This document shows, one piece after another, positions 37,719-50,600 of a DNA stretch of 64,000 bases (positions within the stretch are counted from its first letter, which is position 1; every line of letters starts with the position of its first letter). This DNA comes from Marsupella aquatica (lineage: Eukaryota; Plantae; Marchantiophyta). The notes below the pieces were generated by a model. That model saw only the letters and a program-made list of their open reading frames with translations. It did not search any database and was not told where the DNA came from. The stretch spans positions 124,001 through 188,000 of the forward strand of contig OZ316893.1 in assembly GCA_973895155.1 (NCBI GenBank), in the 5' to 3' direction. Position numbers and translations under genes: made by a program.

Positions 37719-40473
37719 GAACCATCCCCACTACTATACCCAAAAAACCCAAAAACATTTGTTACCCCTAATTTTGTTGGTCATCTCTGCCCCCAATTCC
37801 TCTGTATCCTTTCACTTGTGCCCTCACGGTGTACAAGCTTTACTAACTCAAGACAATAATAGGCCCGCGAGGTAGCTTTCGATCGGCGCCCATTGGTTTA
37901 TTTTAGTTAACATGTCCTGCCCGGCCAAGTGAGACACTTCACAACCACGCCTCGGACCTGGTGATGGCAAATGCAGCTTGAGCGTGACATTACATAACTG
38001 TGCCTGGCAGCTGGCGGCAGGACTAATCAATGCAACCTATCATTAATTACCCTTGTCAGAGTCATTCGCCCTTATTTGGAAAGACGGTCCATCGCAATTC
38101 AATGGGCCGACGGCTGTACTGGTGAGTGTCATCATAATAATAAGGACCCTAAACCGGCCCCCACCTTTGTTAGTGCATACAACATTATTGTATCGCTACC
38201 GTAGGGGCAGTATTGTCAACAACAACAACAACAACAATGCTACTACTGTTGCAAGAAATTCCTTTTTGCAAACTCTCAAATACCAGGCCCATGACCGAAG
38301 TCCGAAGGGTAGTAGTAGTAGATGAAATGTTAAAGTAAACTGTTGAAATATTCTACGCTCGATTACGCGGATGAAAGTCATGTTTCAGATATGACTGATG
38401 ACATTTTTCAAGTATTGATGAATTAAAAACCAGGAGTTATCTTGAAGTGAATGATACATCATGATAAAGAATTCATATAATATCTCTCTGCATCAAAAAC
38501 ATGTTGTAAACTCTTCCTCTAACAACTTGTTTTGTGGTTCTCTCAGCGCCGGGGCCAAATTGACTAATTAGAGAGTGACACCAAGTTCGGAACGCACATC
38601 TGGTACAACTTGAAGCTTTCACACAAATTTATTGTCCTCTTTGATCTTCCAATTTTATATCTGACATGGTAATAATTCACAACCATGTAAACAATTAATT
38701 AAAACCATGTAACGTTAGAAATACTGGGCAGCGGGCAGTCACGTACTGGATTAATAAAGGCTAATAGCATTGATTAGCCTCGGTCTTGCCTTTCGTTCTT
38801 AATAACAATTAGCACATAATAGGATGTCATCATGGATTACATTCTTGAAGGTATCATGTACCCAAACTACCCTTGCCTATGCAAAAACTAAAACCTGCTT
38901 GGAGGGACAGAGTATAGGCCTTGTATTTTTGTGAGGAAAGTATGCAAAGAAAAGAGCTTGGAATCCCGGGATCCACTTGCCATGATATTGAGATAATGAT
39001 GAGAATTTTCTTTTACTAGTATGTATTAACAAATTGAATCTTCAAACTAAGTTGCCCAAGATCAAATTACAGATAGTTATAACTAATGGCTCAATCCAAG
39101 CCATCATTTTTCTTATGGCGCATACTCTTGTCATTGTAGATGAGCTTTGATGTCATTCTTATAAATTTATTTTAATGCACATAAATTTAATACAAATTTA
39201 CAACACTACTCTGAATGTACTTTGCCTATATCATTTACGTGAAAGAATTGAGTTTGGACCCACATACTAGTTAAGCACCTTGGAAAGAGTGTCACAGGTG
39301 ACCCATCTCTCACCCATAGGAAAAAAGAAATTAAAAAAGAGAAAGAAGAAAAAAGAAGAAAAAACAAACACATTACTTGCATGATACTTGCAAAGTAATG
39401 CAAGTCTCATGCACAGTGATTTAGGAACACTGGGCACATCTCAAATATGATTTTCTTGCCATTTTAGATTCTAGCGAGCGCTACCAAGTGTAGGACACTG
39501 GGAATATGAAAAAATGGCACACTGGGCACATGTCAAACATGATTTGCTTCCTTACAGTAATCATTTTACTATAGAGTAGTACTCGTGTAATTTAGTTGAG
39601 CCTCTACGACAGACCCTCTCGGTCACGGGCCTGGTTGATGACTTGACGATGTCCTCGTCCATGATTGATGAGGATCCCTCACGATTCAATGGGCTGGCGC
39701 CTGTACTGCATAGGGTTCATTAACGACGTATTGCGCTAGTCGGCACCCACGGACCCACCATAACTAGTGGAATAGTGGATGCGTGATTCGGTGATTGTAC
39801 ACCTACCGTCGCGGAGAGGAGAACAACAACTTACTGTGAACCTTTCAAGACCTACTCTGAAATAGATGAATGTACAACACAATAATCCAGTAATTTTCCC
39901 TCTAAAAGACTAGAATTATTGGAGGTATATGCTTAATAAACCCCCTTTGGAATGTTTCTTGCTTAATCAACACCCTATGTTCAAATCTGCCCCAACCGAC
40001 CCCCTATGTTCAAATCTGCCCCAATCGACCCCCCAAAGTATGTTTGTTACACAATCAACACCCTTTGATTTTTTATGGTTCATGACATGATGCTGTGTAT
40101 TGCAATTGCATTGTACCTGAACCTGTCCGTGGGTGCAAGCGACTTGACCAAACCGTCAAATGCTTCATTTAGAGTCGATCTCCCCACGACGGGACCATCT
40201 AGGATTTCAAGAAATGATGTGAAGACAAAATGTGTTATGTCTTCAGATGTTCATTATTGAATTAGCCTCATATAACTTGGTCCAAATGTTCATTGTTTCA
40301 CATTCTGTCATGATGACTTCTGTTTGTCATGACGTTTTGGGGGAATCTATTGTATTGAGGGTTATTGGGAAGCTCAGTCTCTTTTTGTTAGAGTTTGCAT
40401 GCAATCTAGATGACTGACATTGTAGTGGTGTGAGGTACAATTAGGGATATCAATGTTGGAGATTTTGATGTCA

Positions 40474-40874
40474 CTAGCCCCAATTACCCGTTCTTTGAAC
40501 GTGAATAGAGGACAAGATAATCAAAGAGTTACCAAAATATAATCTCTATTCATATTCTTTGAAGATTAATGAAATGATAAAAAAAACCCATCATTTTAAT
40601 AGTCATATATATATATACCATTCTCCTTTCTGTGCACATCCGTCTTTCTATCCACATCCTTCTTTCCATGCACATATGTTGTGGTGGGGCCATAGTGCCC
40701 ATTTTATGAATGTAAATACTTAAAAATTATCACAAAAAAACTTGCACCAGTTGACATACATCATAGTCATGAATTTTTCCCATGCACATGATGACCATGG
40801 AGTTACGGTCTATAGGCTTCACCCTAGACCTAGGCTCTAGAGCGTAGACTTCAGTTGGCACTTTTATAGTAAGA
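40474..40874 (-). mobile_element. Non-autonomous Helitron family A, complete (401 bp)
   Basis: A|TCTTACTATAAAAG start, CGTTCAAAGAACG hairpin, GGTAATTGGGG-CTAG|T end. Confidence 0.85.
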
Positions 40875-41307
40875 TCGATTGTGCATCTCTGGCATAGAGG
40901 GGATCTATTTGAAGTGGACATTTTTTACGGGCACCATTCGGAGGTCCCGATCCCATAATTTTCTTCAGCCTGGCAATAAACCAAAACACCCGCCTGGAGA
41001 TGTCCTGAAGCTCAACCAGCAGCCATGCCGCTAGGGCCTCATGAGTGACCCACACAGTACATGGTGGAGGAGTTGCACAATTACAAAAGTGTAGGACTCA
41101 CTGGTATCACACTCTGACATCCAACAAGGAGTTTGTGTGGAAAGCATGATCCGAAAGGACAAACCGAGGAAAACTAAATTCTCGTAACTATGAGGAATGA
41201 ACTACATAAGTACAGTACAGTCATATAAAACTACATGAATATATGTCTGGATGCCAAAAATGTTGAATTCGAGTAAAAACCAAAGCATGATGAAGATTGC
41301 CATGGAA

Positions 41308-43686
41308 CTACACCGCATCAGCATCGAATCCAACAACAGCGGTGCCTGACGCAAAGGTATCGAACGGAGGGGAAGCGAACGAGTTTTCGACCAAGCATTT
41401 CTCCACCAAGCCACGGACGGCAGAATAGTGAGCAGCAAACGGCAAGGAACAAATCTGCCTCAACCGGTTCAGATCTGGCAGCTCATTTTCTGTGAACATC
41501 CGATGTACTCGAGCAACTTCCATCCAGATTCGGATCAAATCAATGCGTGAACAGGAATGATAATGATAAGAGGGGTAAGCTGTGCGAAATTTATGTTCGT
41601 CCTTCCAAGTCTCGACAAAAGGGCTAAGGGACTCCATAGTGTTCCTGTAGTGCTCGCAGTGTGCTAGCCTGCATTGAGCAGCAATAGTACCCCATATGGT
41701 ATGCTTCTCTGTAGCAGACAGCTGAGGTGAAACCGAATGCACAGGGCCAGTAGGAATGACGACAGTAGCCTGGGCATTGGTCTGCTCCAAGAATTCAACA
41801 ATGAATTGCAGCGAGTACAAAGGCAAGTTGCCAAAGTAGGCAAAGGCAGCCTCAACCTTTACCACGGACAGATCACCGTACAGCAACATAAAAGCGAGTA
41901 GAGGTCGATATTGTTTACACAATGTCCAGTATCTCTCCAGATCGCAATGCTCGAGGGTGACCGAACAACCGGGAACAATGTTGAGCACCACAGAAATCTC
42001 TAAAACACGATGGTAATAGTAGCGCCAAAACTCCAAGATTGGCATCTCAAATCGGGAAGCTTCTTGCCTGAACAAAGTGAACTTCCGCCTAAAATTCTCA
42101 TCCTCATCCTCCTTCTTCAATGACACACTCGCGGCCGGAAGCTTCGAAAGCTCAGCAGCAGGTGCTAGGGACGCACAGACAGAGGTAGTAGGTGATGGTA
42201 CGGAAGGTGGGCCTGCAGACATTTTCGCTGTAGACTCACATTGTGATCGGGATGAAGTAGCAGCAATCATAGCAGCAAAAAGAAAATCCAACTTCCGCTT
42301 CTTACCTAGTAGCACATCTGAATCTCCTCCCGGATCCGTACGCATCAAGTCCTTGTGCAGGTCACTCATGGCACCATAATAAACTTGAACTGTAGATGCA
42401 AAGCTGGTAGCGCATCTAAGGACTCTATCGGCTACATTGTGATCGAGCTGCATGAGTGCTTCATCAAACAACTTTGCTTTCATGAGGTCAATCGCCGGAA
42501 CATCCAACAGAGGTCGCAGCTTATCTAGAGCCCGATCTAGAGTAAAAGAAACATCAGAACTCCTGGCAGTAGCACATCATAATTTCTCTTGGAGATCGAG
42601 GTTCTCCGCGGATAGAGCTTCCACACGAATCTGGAATTTCTCTTGGAGATCAAATTTCTCGGCAGTCAGAGTTCCCACACGTATCAGAGCATCCAATCTG
42701 TCCTTATCTATCTTGGTAAACTCTTCGACGGAAATGAAAGAAAATTCCTGAAACTTGCTGAGCAATTGATCCGGTGGACAGCCGATGAAGCTAGTTAATT
42801 CAGACAGAATTTTCGACTGGGTCGTAGAGATTTTAGACAGCGCTTCACTTTCCTTTAGAAACACGGCCCATCTGGGATTTTCCTGGTTCACCTCGACTTT
42901 CGCCTCGTCCTCCGATTCACCGGGCTTGTCTTCGCTTGATTCGCCTTCCGATTCGGGCGTGGTATCCGCATCGGGATCCCTCTCTCCATTCTCCAGGTAG
43001 GCAAGATGAAGCTCCCACTCAATCAACTCGGGTGCTGTCAAACATTTCTTGTGCGCATACACATGGGAAAGGTAAACAGCAATCCAAGTGAAGGAACCAG
43101 ACCTCATTGACAACATTTGCGTCTTGATCACGGCGCAGAGCACATTCGCCCAGTTGATCACCTTCAGTCCCTTCCAGGAAGCGATGATGGTGCTGGCCAG
43201 AGCTACGGGTGCTCTATTCTGACATTCCGGATTTAAAATAGGAACCAGAAATTCCAGCAAAGGTAGGAGGTTCAATTTATCAGCACATTGTTCCAGATTC
43301 CAGCCGATACGTACATTTTTCTTTCCTGCGAAGTAAGGTCCAGTCAAATCAATGCATCTCAACATACATTCTCCTTTCGACTTCAAATCATAGACCTCAG
43401 CGATGAGATTCTCAGTCCACTGATCAGGGTCTCCATGAATTGTTGTACCTTTGGATTCTCTTCCCATGCCTCGCATCCACACATCCTCCACGATAGCGCT
43501 CGACTTCATCCCCCATGGCACACGAATCAAATTCACAAGGCCCATCGTGGTTAAATTTGCTCACAACCGATCCATGGCTTCCTCTGCATGAGGTATGCTG
43601 GCATGGATGATTCGGCATGACGGTGGTGGTTCTTCTCTCATCTTCTTACTCGGAGCAACAACAGTTACCTTTTTGTTTCTATCCAT
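41308..43686 (-). pseudogene. TE-associated ORF (mobile-domain-like N-terminus, acidic linker, helical C-terminus) with two in-frame TGAs
   Basis: One frame runs from ATG 43686 through TGA 43561-63 and TGA 42577-79 to the stop at 41308. It contains IHGDPDQWTENLIAEVY, LLEFLVPILNP and INWA. Confidence 0.6.
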
Positions 43687-44793
43687 CACAATTTCGCAGC
43701 TCCAACGACAACTGATTTTGCACCGAGGCCGTTTTGGTCAAAGCAAGGGGCCTCTTTCTGACTTCCCGGAATTGCAAATTGAGCTCGGGTTCAAGCTCAA
43801 TCTCCCACTACCTCTTTTCACAATCCGATTTCCTGTCCGACTGTTCACAATTTTCCCCCATACACCTAGCCTTCCAACAACGAAGAGCACTTCTCCGAGG
43901 GGAACTTTGTGGTCGGGAACTCTTGTCCAAAGTTTAGCCCACTGGGTATTTGCTTTGGTAATCCCTTACTCACAATCTATACACACCGCCCACAACGTCC
44001 AAGTTCCTTCCCGCTTACGATAGGTCGTGTACGAAGGAAGTACTGATGGTCTATGCCCTGACCTGTGCATTGACTGCGTTCCTTCCTTCTGCATGTTAAA
44101 TGAGTATGCTCGAACCTCAGGATTGAATTTTGGCGGCTGCCTGCTCAGATGTGTACGGCGACGATTCTCTTTCCAGGTATTTGTGATCCAGAGATACGAA
44201 TCATCCCGGGCGGCAGATATGGTGGCCGCTACGGATACAGTAATGATACAGGCCGGACAGTCTCTGGGGGCTTTTATACCCCGATGCGTGGTTTATATGT
44301 GCCTCGGTTCTCCCCACAGCCTAAACCCCAGCCTACCAGATTCACCGGAATGTTGCCCTGTGTTTTCACATTTTGGCTTGCTCGAGCCTCTTCTTTCAGG
44401 GCAGGCTTTCCCACACTCGCTGCCCCTGACCGACTGTGAATTACAGGGTTTCACTTGTATTTCACTTTTAGTTTTGAAATACAATTCATGGTGTCACTGG
44501 GGACGAGATTGAACCTAAACTTGCTTGTAGACTGCTTGTAGACTGCAGATGACATCGAGAATGTGTGCTTTGATTTGATCTTTGCCGCTGTGTGTAAACA
44601 GACTTAAAGGCAAATTACATACACCCCGCCTCCTGACAAGACCCTGACAAGATCCAGACAAGACCGTACAATTCCCCCAGGATCCTTATCAACGACTCGA
44701 CAGGGCTTTGTCTCCAAATCATCGCAACAGGCCACCGTCATCGCCCTATTATCTTGTAGTTTACTCTACGTTTAATGTCACTAGCCCCAACTA

Positions 44794-46519
44794 CACTCTT
44801 TACAGTATTTAGTCTCACACACTCTAATTACTGTGAGGTTATATTTGAGGTAAGTGATGGTAATTAGAGTGTGTGACACTAATTCTGGTCAGAAGTCAAA
44901 TAGTGTCACATACACTTAAGTTAAAAATAGAATGGACAATTCTATTAAAAATTTGCTTATAAAAGATTAAAAAACATGCACAATATTTAATTACACTTTA
45001 CAAAATTTACTACTCAAACATTGAGAAAACTTCAGAAACTTATAATTCCTTTCATATATTACTCAAACATTGAGCAAACTTCAAAAATTTATAATTTCTT
45101 CTCACATAACACAAAATTGTAGTTGGGGTATTCAACCACAGTGAACAAACAAGAGTTGTTTGATTCACTTCTATCAACAACGAATAACACATGTTAACTC
45201 ACATAAGCTACAAACTAACATCATTTTACTCTCTTATAACCTGTCCCTTATGTCTCATCCTTGAGACGGCGTAAAGCCCCAAGAGAAGTGGGTTGAGCTG
45301 GCTCTTCACCTGGTTCACCAACATCAGGAGCCACTTCAACAGTAGCATCAATGTCAAGGCCAACTTGACTCCCTTCAAAATTCACTCGATACTTCGCTAT
45401 GCTATTCTGAAGCTCAGGTGTAAGTTGATTTTCAGACTATACACAATTGACATTTAGAGACAAATAGATGTTTATCATTGAATTTTGTGCATAAGACATG
45501 CCATGCTGTCAACCCTGAACTGTTCCCCTTAGCTATAGAGTCCCTTGCCAATGTCAAAAACAATGTTTGTGTGTATTTTATCAATTTCCCAGATGTGCCC
45601 TGTGTCCCAGTCCCCACATTTTTTGGGTCTTCATTTTTCATTTTTTGAAGTGAAGCGAGGATAAGCCAAAGGAGATGCACACTAATTACCAGTGACATTT
45701 TGACATAGTTTTGATTCTTTTTTAACTAGCCCCACCTACCCGTTCTTTGAATGTGAAGAGCCAGGAGGACAATAAAAATGTCACCAAAATATATCCTTAT
45801 TCACATATTTTGAAGGTTAATGAAATGATAAAAAAATTATCATGCATATCATCATTTTAATAATCAGACATAACATACCAAAGTACTCTTTTCTATGCAC
45901 ATCCCTAGTTTTTCTATCCTACATATATCCCACTTATGCACATATGATATGGTGGGGCCATAGAGATCAGTTTTTAATATAAATAGAAATCGTAACAAAA
46001 GGCAGTCATGATTATCACTTGACATGACATACATCGTAGACATCAGTTTTCTCATCATTCCACATGATGAGCCATGGAGTTAGGGTCTAAAGGCTTCACT
46101 CTACAAGCCTAGGCCCTACTCTAGCTTGTAGTTGCAGATTTATAAGTAAGATTCCCTTGGTCTAGCAAATCCAGCTATGATGGCCAATCCATTCCCGCCA
46201 CGTTATCAATCTATCAACATCCTTTCACAAAGACTCACAAGCTAAAACACAAAGAAGCTTTCTAAGAACATACTCACAAAGAGCCCACAATGAGATGTTC
46301 CTTGGTAGTCCATCAATATCTCTTTGTGGAGTGGATCCAATTTTGGTTTACCACCAATAACACAGTCACCTCTAATTATCAATATTTTACAATATATTAA
46401 TTTATTTTTCAAAATTGGGGGTGGCGGTAGATAGTGTCACTTGGCTGAAAATCAAGGGCTACCCCTAATTAGTGTGTGACACACTAATTGTTTCATGACA
46501 CTAAATACTGTAAAGAGTG
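44794..46519. mobile_element. Non-autonomous TIR DNA transposon (CACTC termini, CMC/EnSpm-like)
   Basis: Perfect 20-bp TIRs CACTCTTTACAGTATTTAGT (44794-44813 / 46500-46519), TA on both sides, and subterminal TAATTAG/GTGTGTGACAC repeats. Confidence 0.85.
45726..46151 (-). mobile_element. Helitron family A nested in the TIR element
   Basis: A|TC...CTAG|T ends. It is absent from the paralogous element near 61905. Confidence 0.85.
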
Positions 46520-46892
46520 TAGTGGAGAGGACAATAGAAATACAATCAAAAAATATTATTTATTGATATTCTTTGAAGGTTAATAAAATGATTTAAAAAA
46601 AACATCTTTTTAATAGTCATATATAATATACCATTGTCCTTTGTGAGCACATCAGTCTTTTTGTATGCACATCCATCTCTATGCACATATGGTGTGATGG
46701 GGCCATGGTTCCCATATTTTTTGAATGTAAATACTTAGAAATTATAATAAGAAATTTTGACATACATCATAGATCATAGTCATGTCATGAGTTTTTTCCA
46801 TGCACATGATGGCCATAGAGTTAAGGTCTACAGGCTTCACTCTAGACCTAGGCTCTTAAGAGTAGACTTCTGTTGGCACTATTATAGTAAGA

Positions 46893-47120
46893 CCAGCCCT
46901 ATGCCAGTGCAAGGAGGGCAGGCCCATAGGGATTGGCCGGGGGCATTACGGGGCAGCGGGAAGCAAATACGTGATAGGGGTGTACATTTCTCTCATCAAT
47001 GGTGAGAAAAAACAGCTAATCAAATCCAACGGCTGTGGATCTTTCCCGACCAGAAGCTTTTTTGTATGGTGACCACGGGCGAAAAAAGGTGGGATCCCTT
47101 ATTATAGTTGTAGATAGATA
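46893..47120 (-). mobile_element. Short Helitron-like unit abutting the 5' end of family A
   Basis: The minus strand begins TCTACAACTATAATAAGG next to a (GATA)n tract and ends GC-rich ...GGCATAGGG-CTGG directly before the TC of the next element. Confidence 0.4.
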
Positions 47121-47419
47121 GATAGATTGTAGATAGATAGATGGGTTGATTGATAATGATAGATTGATATCTCTTGCCTACTGTAGTGATTAAGTGATAT
47201 CTCTCTCACTTGTCTGGTCGGTGTGCACATTTGAGCGCTTCCAGGAGGAAGGGAATCCTGTCAGGGTCCATGTGTGCCAAATTGCCAATCAACACGATGA
47301 AAGGCATACGGTGTCAGTTATGGTTTATACGACCTCCCAGGTGTCTCAGAGCATACGTGGGTCGACATACGATCTACCACTACTTGATCACGGATACCTT
47401 TTACGTATAGTCTCACTCA

Positions 47420-47623
47420 TCGTTTCTCTCAACGACCTCTTGGGCAACACGACATCTTTTCTCTCCACAACCTCTTGGGCAACACGACATCTTTTCTCTC
47501 CATGACCTCCTAGGCAACACTACATCTTTTTTCTCCATGACCTCTTGGCTGACACTACATTTTTTCTCAATGACATCTTGGCCGACAAGACTTCTTTTGT
47601 GCAACGCATAGGTATTGAGCTAT
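47420..47623 (+). mobile_element. Helitron family B 3' fragment with the 35-bp minisatellite
   Basis: It is the reverse complement of 1243-1450, and its end has degenerated to GGTATTGAG-CTAT. Confidence 0.75.
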
Positions 47624-50600
47624 TTCTTCTATAATACTCAATCCCGCCCTTTTGGGCGACGTCGTCCTTTTACAAAAACAATTTTGGCGGATACATATAT
47701 GGCCATCGGATCATGTCATCGCATTTTGATGATAAAAGAATAAAAGAATGAGGTGTATATTACCTTGCTTCCTCTCACCTCACCTCTAGCTCAGTGTGTG
47801 CTTCCTCAAGGATAGTACAATCAAGACAGTCAAGTAAGGCTCTGGGACAGTACAGTTTGATTGAATGTACAGATTGGATAATACCAGTACTAACAGTATA
47901 GTTTAAATAATACAAGACAGGACCAGAAAAATACCCTTTTCTGGGAGAGATTTAGTACAAAATGGTCGACACCAGTAGTACTCCCATACCCATAATTCAC
48001 TTGGAATGCACAACAATAGCCAGGCCCCATGACCGAAGGGTGAATCATTATTATTTATTACGCTGCCCCTAAGGTCTTCCCACTCATCCCATCCCTCCTG
48101 TGGGACTCGGTCGGTGGGTACCTTCCGGAGGACGCCGTTTACGACGTCTATTAGGAAGGTCAGGAGTTCCCATTGCAGAAAAGGACTATAAAATAGATAA
48201 ATGTAGGTAAAAATTTCAAACCACCTAAAGAGAGTTAGTACTACAGAAATTTAGGACAAAGACCGAAATCAATGCCAAGCACCACCCTCTACATAATAAG
48301 AAAAATAATATAAGTTGAACCCAAAATACAGGGACAACTGTGAGGCCCCTCACTAACAGGCCAGGCCATTTTATACTCTCTTTCTCATACATTTCGAGGT
48401 TTGGGCCCTCTCTATTAGCAGATAATAGGATCTCCTCATGGATTACCTTCTTGAAGGTACTATGTACCCAGAATGCCCTTGCCTTTGCATAAACTGTACC
48501 TTGTTGAGGGAGAGAGTATAAGGTATTTATGTGAAGAAAGTATGCGGAGAAAAGAGCTTGGAAGCATTTTGGCGCCCCCCCCTCCTCTCACATCACAAAT
48601 CTAAGTTGAAAGTTCAGCCAATAATTACTCAAATAAAATTATAGATTTATGTTTAAAAATGGGTGGGAATTTTAGCAAAGCGGTAAAGGAAGAACTTTTA
48701 TATGTTCTGATTTTGATTTCATAAATATTTTATATGAAGCCATAATATATCCTACATATCCTATCCTACATCCCTACATACATACATACATTACATTACA
48801 TTACTACTATAATACCCTATCCCGCCAAAAGTGGAAGTCGTCCATGCACAAAATCACTTTTGGAGGGAAGATTCCGTGACCATTGGATTTATAACCTCTT
48901 TTATCCAAGCCTTTGATTAGTCAAAAAAACAATATCTCTAACCCAAACAAAGACAAAGTAGTTTGTTATACACAAAGATTCTCTAAGGAGGGGGCATGAT
49001 GGCATACGCTGTATGTGAATGCCATGTGTTGCCATTATTGGAAATTTGGAAGGGTCTCGGTAACTGCACATCAAAATATGACATATACTATGTACAACCC
49101 CTGCATACCTGCATACCATGATAATACTAGTTTTTTTTTCTTTCAATCAATGAATGCAGCCACATTTTGATGTGTGATTACCAGCAGGGTTATTGGAATG
49201 GGGCACTTGGGACACCATTATGAGGGGATATGGACTAGGAGAGTGGGAGACATAAAGGGTCAAAATAGGGAGGGGAAATAATAATACAACCATGGGTGAA
49301 GGGATGGATGGTATCATACCCTCCCATAAGTACAAGATACGGGACGAGACAAAGTAGAGCAAAGGAAGGTGGAAATAAAGATAAAGATGATGTGGATTTT
49401 TCCCTGAATTTTCAGAATTACAAGAGTCTCTAACTAGACCCATAAATAATAATAATAATAATAATAATAAGGCAATAAGTAGAGTGAGGTAACTTCTACA
49501 AATTTCTTTTGTTATGCATTTTTATTTCAATTTGTCTTACCAAGGTGCATCCGTTGTATAGTTTAGATTTTGAATTTATTCTGGCACCCCTCTAATTTTT
49601 TTAAATCTTTACTATATTTAATTTCTAGCCCTATGTTATTAACAAATCTAAGGTAGACCCACATACTGGTTCATTTTTGTAAGCCCACGATTATCCATAA
49701 ATGCCAGGATACCATATTGTAGTGGTTGCTGGAGTGCCGTCATATGCAATTACCGTCCAATTCCGTCCGTTCGTTGAATGAACCATAGATTTAGCCCTAA
49801 GTTCTCACACTAAGCCACTTACGGAGTACATAAGTGCTGCAAATCCCCTGTGGCCCTGCCTGCATTCTAGACTGCGTTTCGCTTCCAAGATCGAGGTAGC
49901 CAGGCGGCACGACAGCTCGGGAGACGAACACATCGGGATCGAGGCGCCTTAGGTGGGGAGGTCGAGTGTAGGGTGCTTACGATTGCTTTCTTCCTTCTTT
50001 TGCTTCTTCGTTCCTTGCTTTAGTCCTTCTTTTGCAGACGGCAATGGAGAAGCTAGCCTCATCGGGCAAACTGTTTCTTATTTTGTGATGAGGGCTGTTT
50101 TGAGAGGATGGAGTTTGCTACCATGCCTGTTTGCTACCCGAAGTTCTCGATGTTACTGGAGTTGAAGTCTTTCTCATTCACACCTTTTTAACATTCGTTT
50201 TCCTGCACACGATGAACAGCCACACGGAAGAGGTGATTTGCAGAAAATGGCCGCCAGGTTGTCTTCATCGATGTTGGAGGTTCACTATGTCAGCGAGTAC
50301 AATACATTCAAGGAGACCGAAATGTCATTGCGCAAGAGAGTGGCGCCTGCATTCCGACCTTCATGGGAAAGGTACGATTAATCACCCAGTTTAGTTTAAA
50401 GTTTCACCTCTCCGTAACGCGCGTGCCGGTGATAGCACATCAGGTAATATACTGTTAATATACTGGGGTGCACTCACTGATTTTCATAGAATAACTGTGT
50501 TTATCTTGGTATGGATTGATGTCGTCCCCCGGCTATCTACGCGCATTCTATGTTTTTCATTTCCATTTCTCTGTGTTTGTGCAGGCTTCCAGTCACCAAT

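Larger units (their letters stand above)
44781..46892 (-). mobile_element. Helitron family A copy split by a TIR element
   Basis: The 3' end CTAGCCCCAA lies at 44781-44790. The body and TC start lie at 46522-46892 and align with 40500-40874. Confidence 0.7.

Noticed and set aside
39930-40070. Mutator-like TIR with a 29-bp tandem duplication (similar hints at ~28080, ~49600 and ~56130)
   Set aside because: I could not pair any of them with a partner TIR or a 9-bp TSD.
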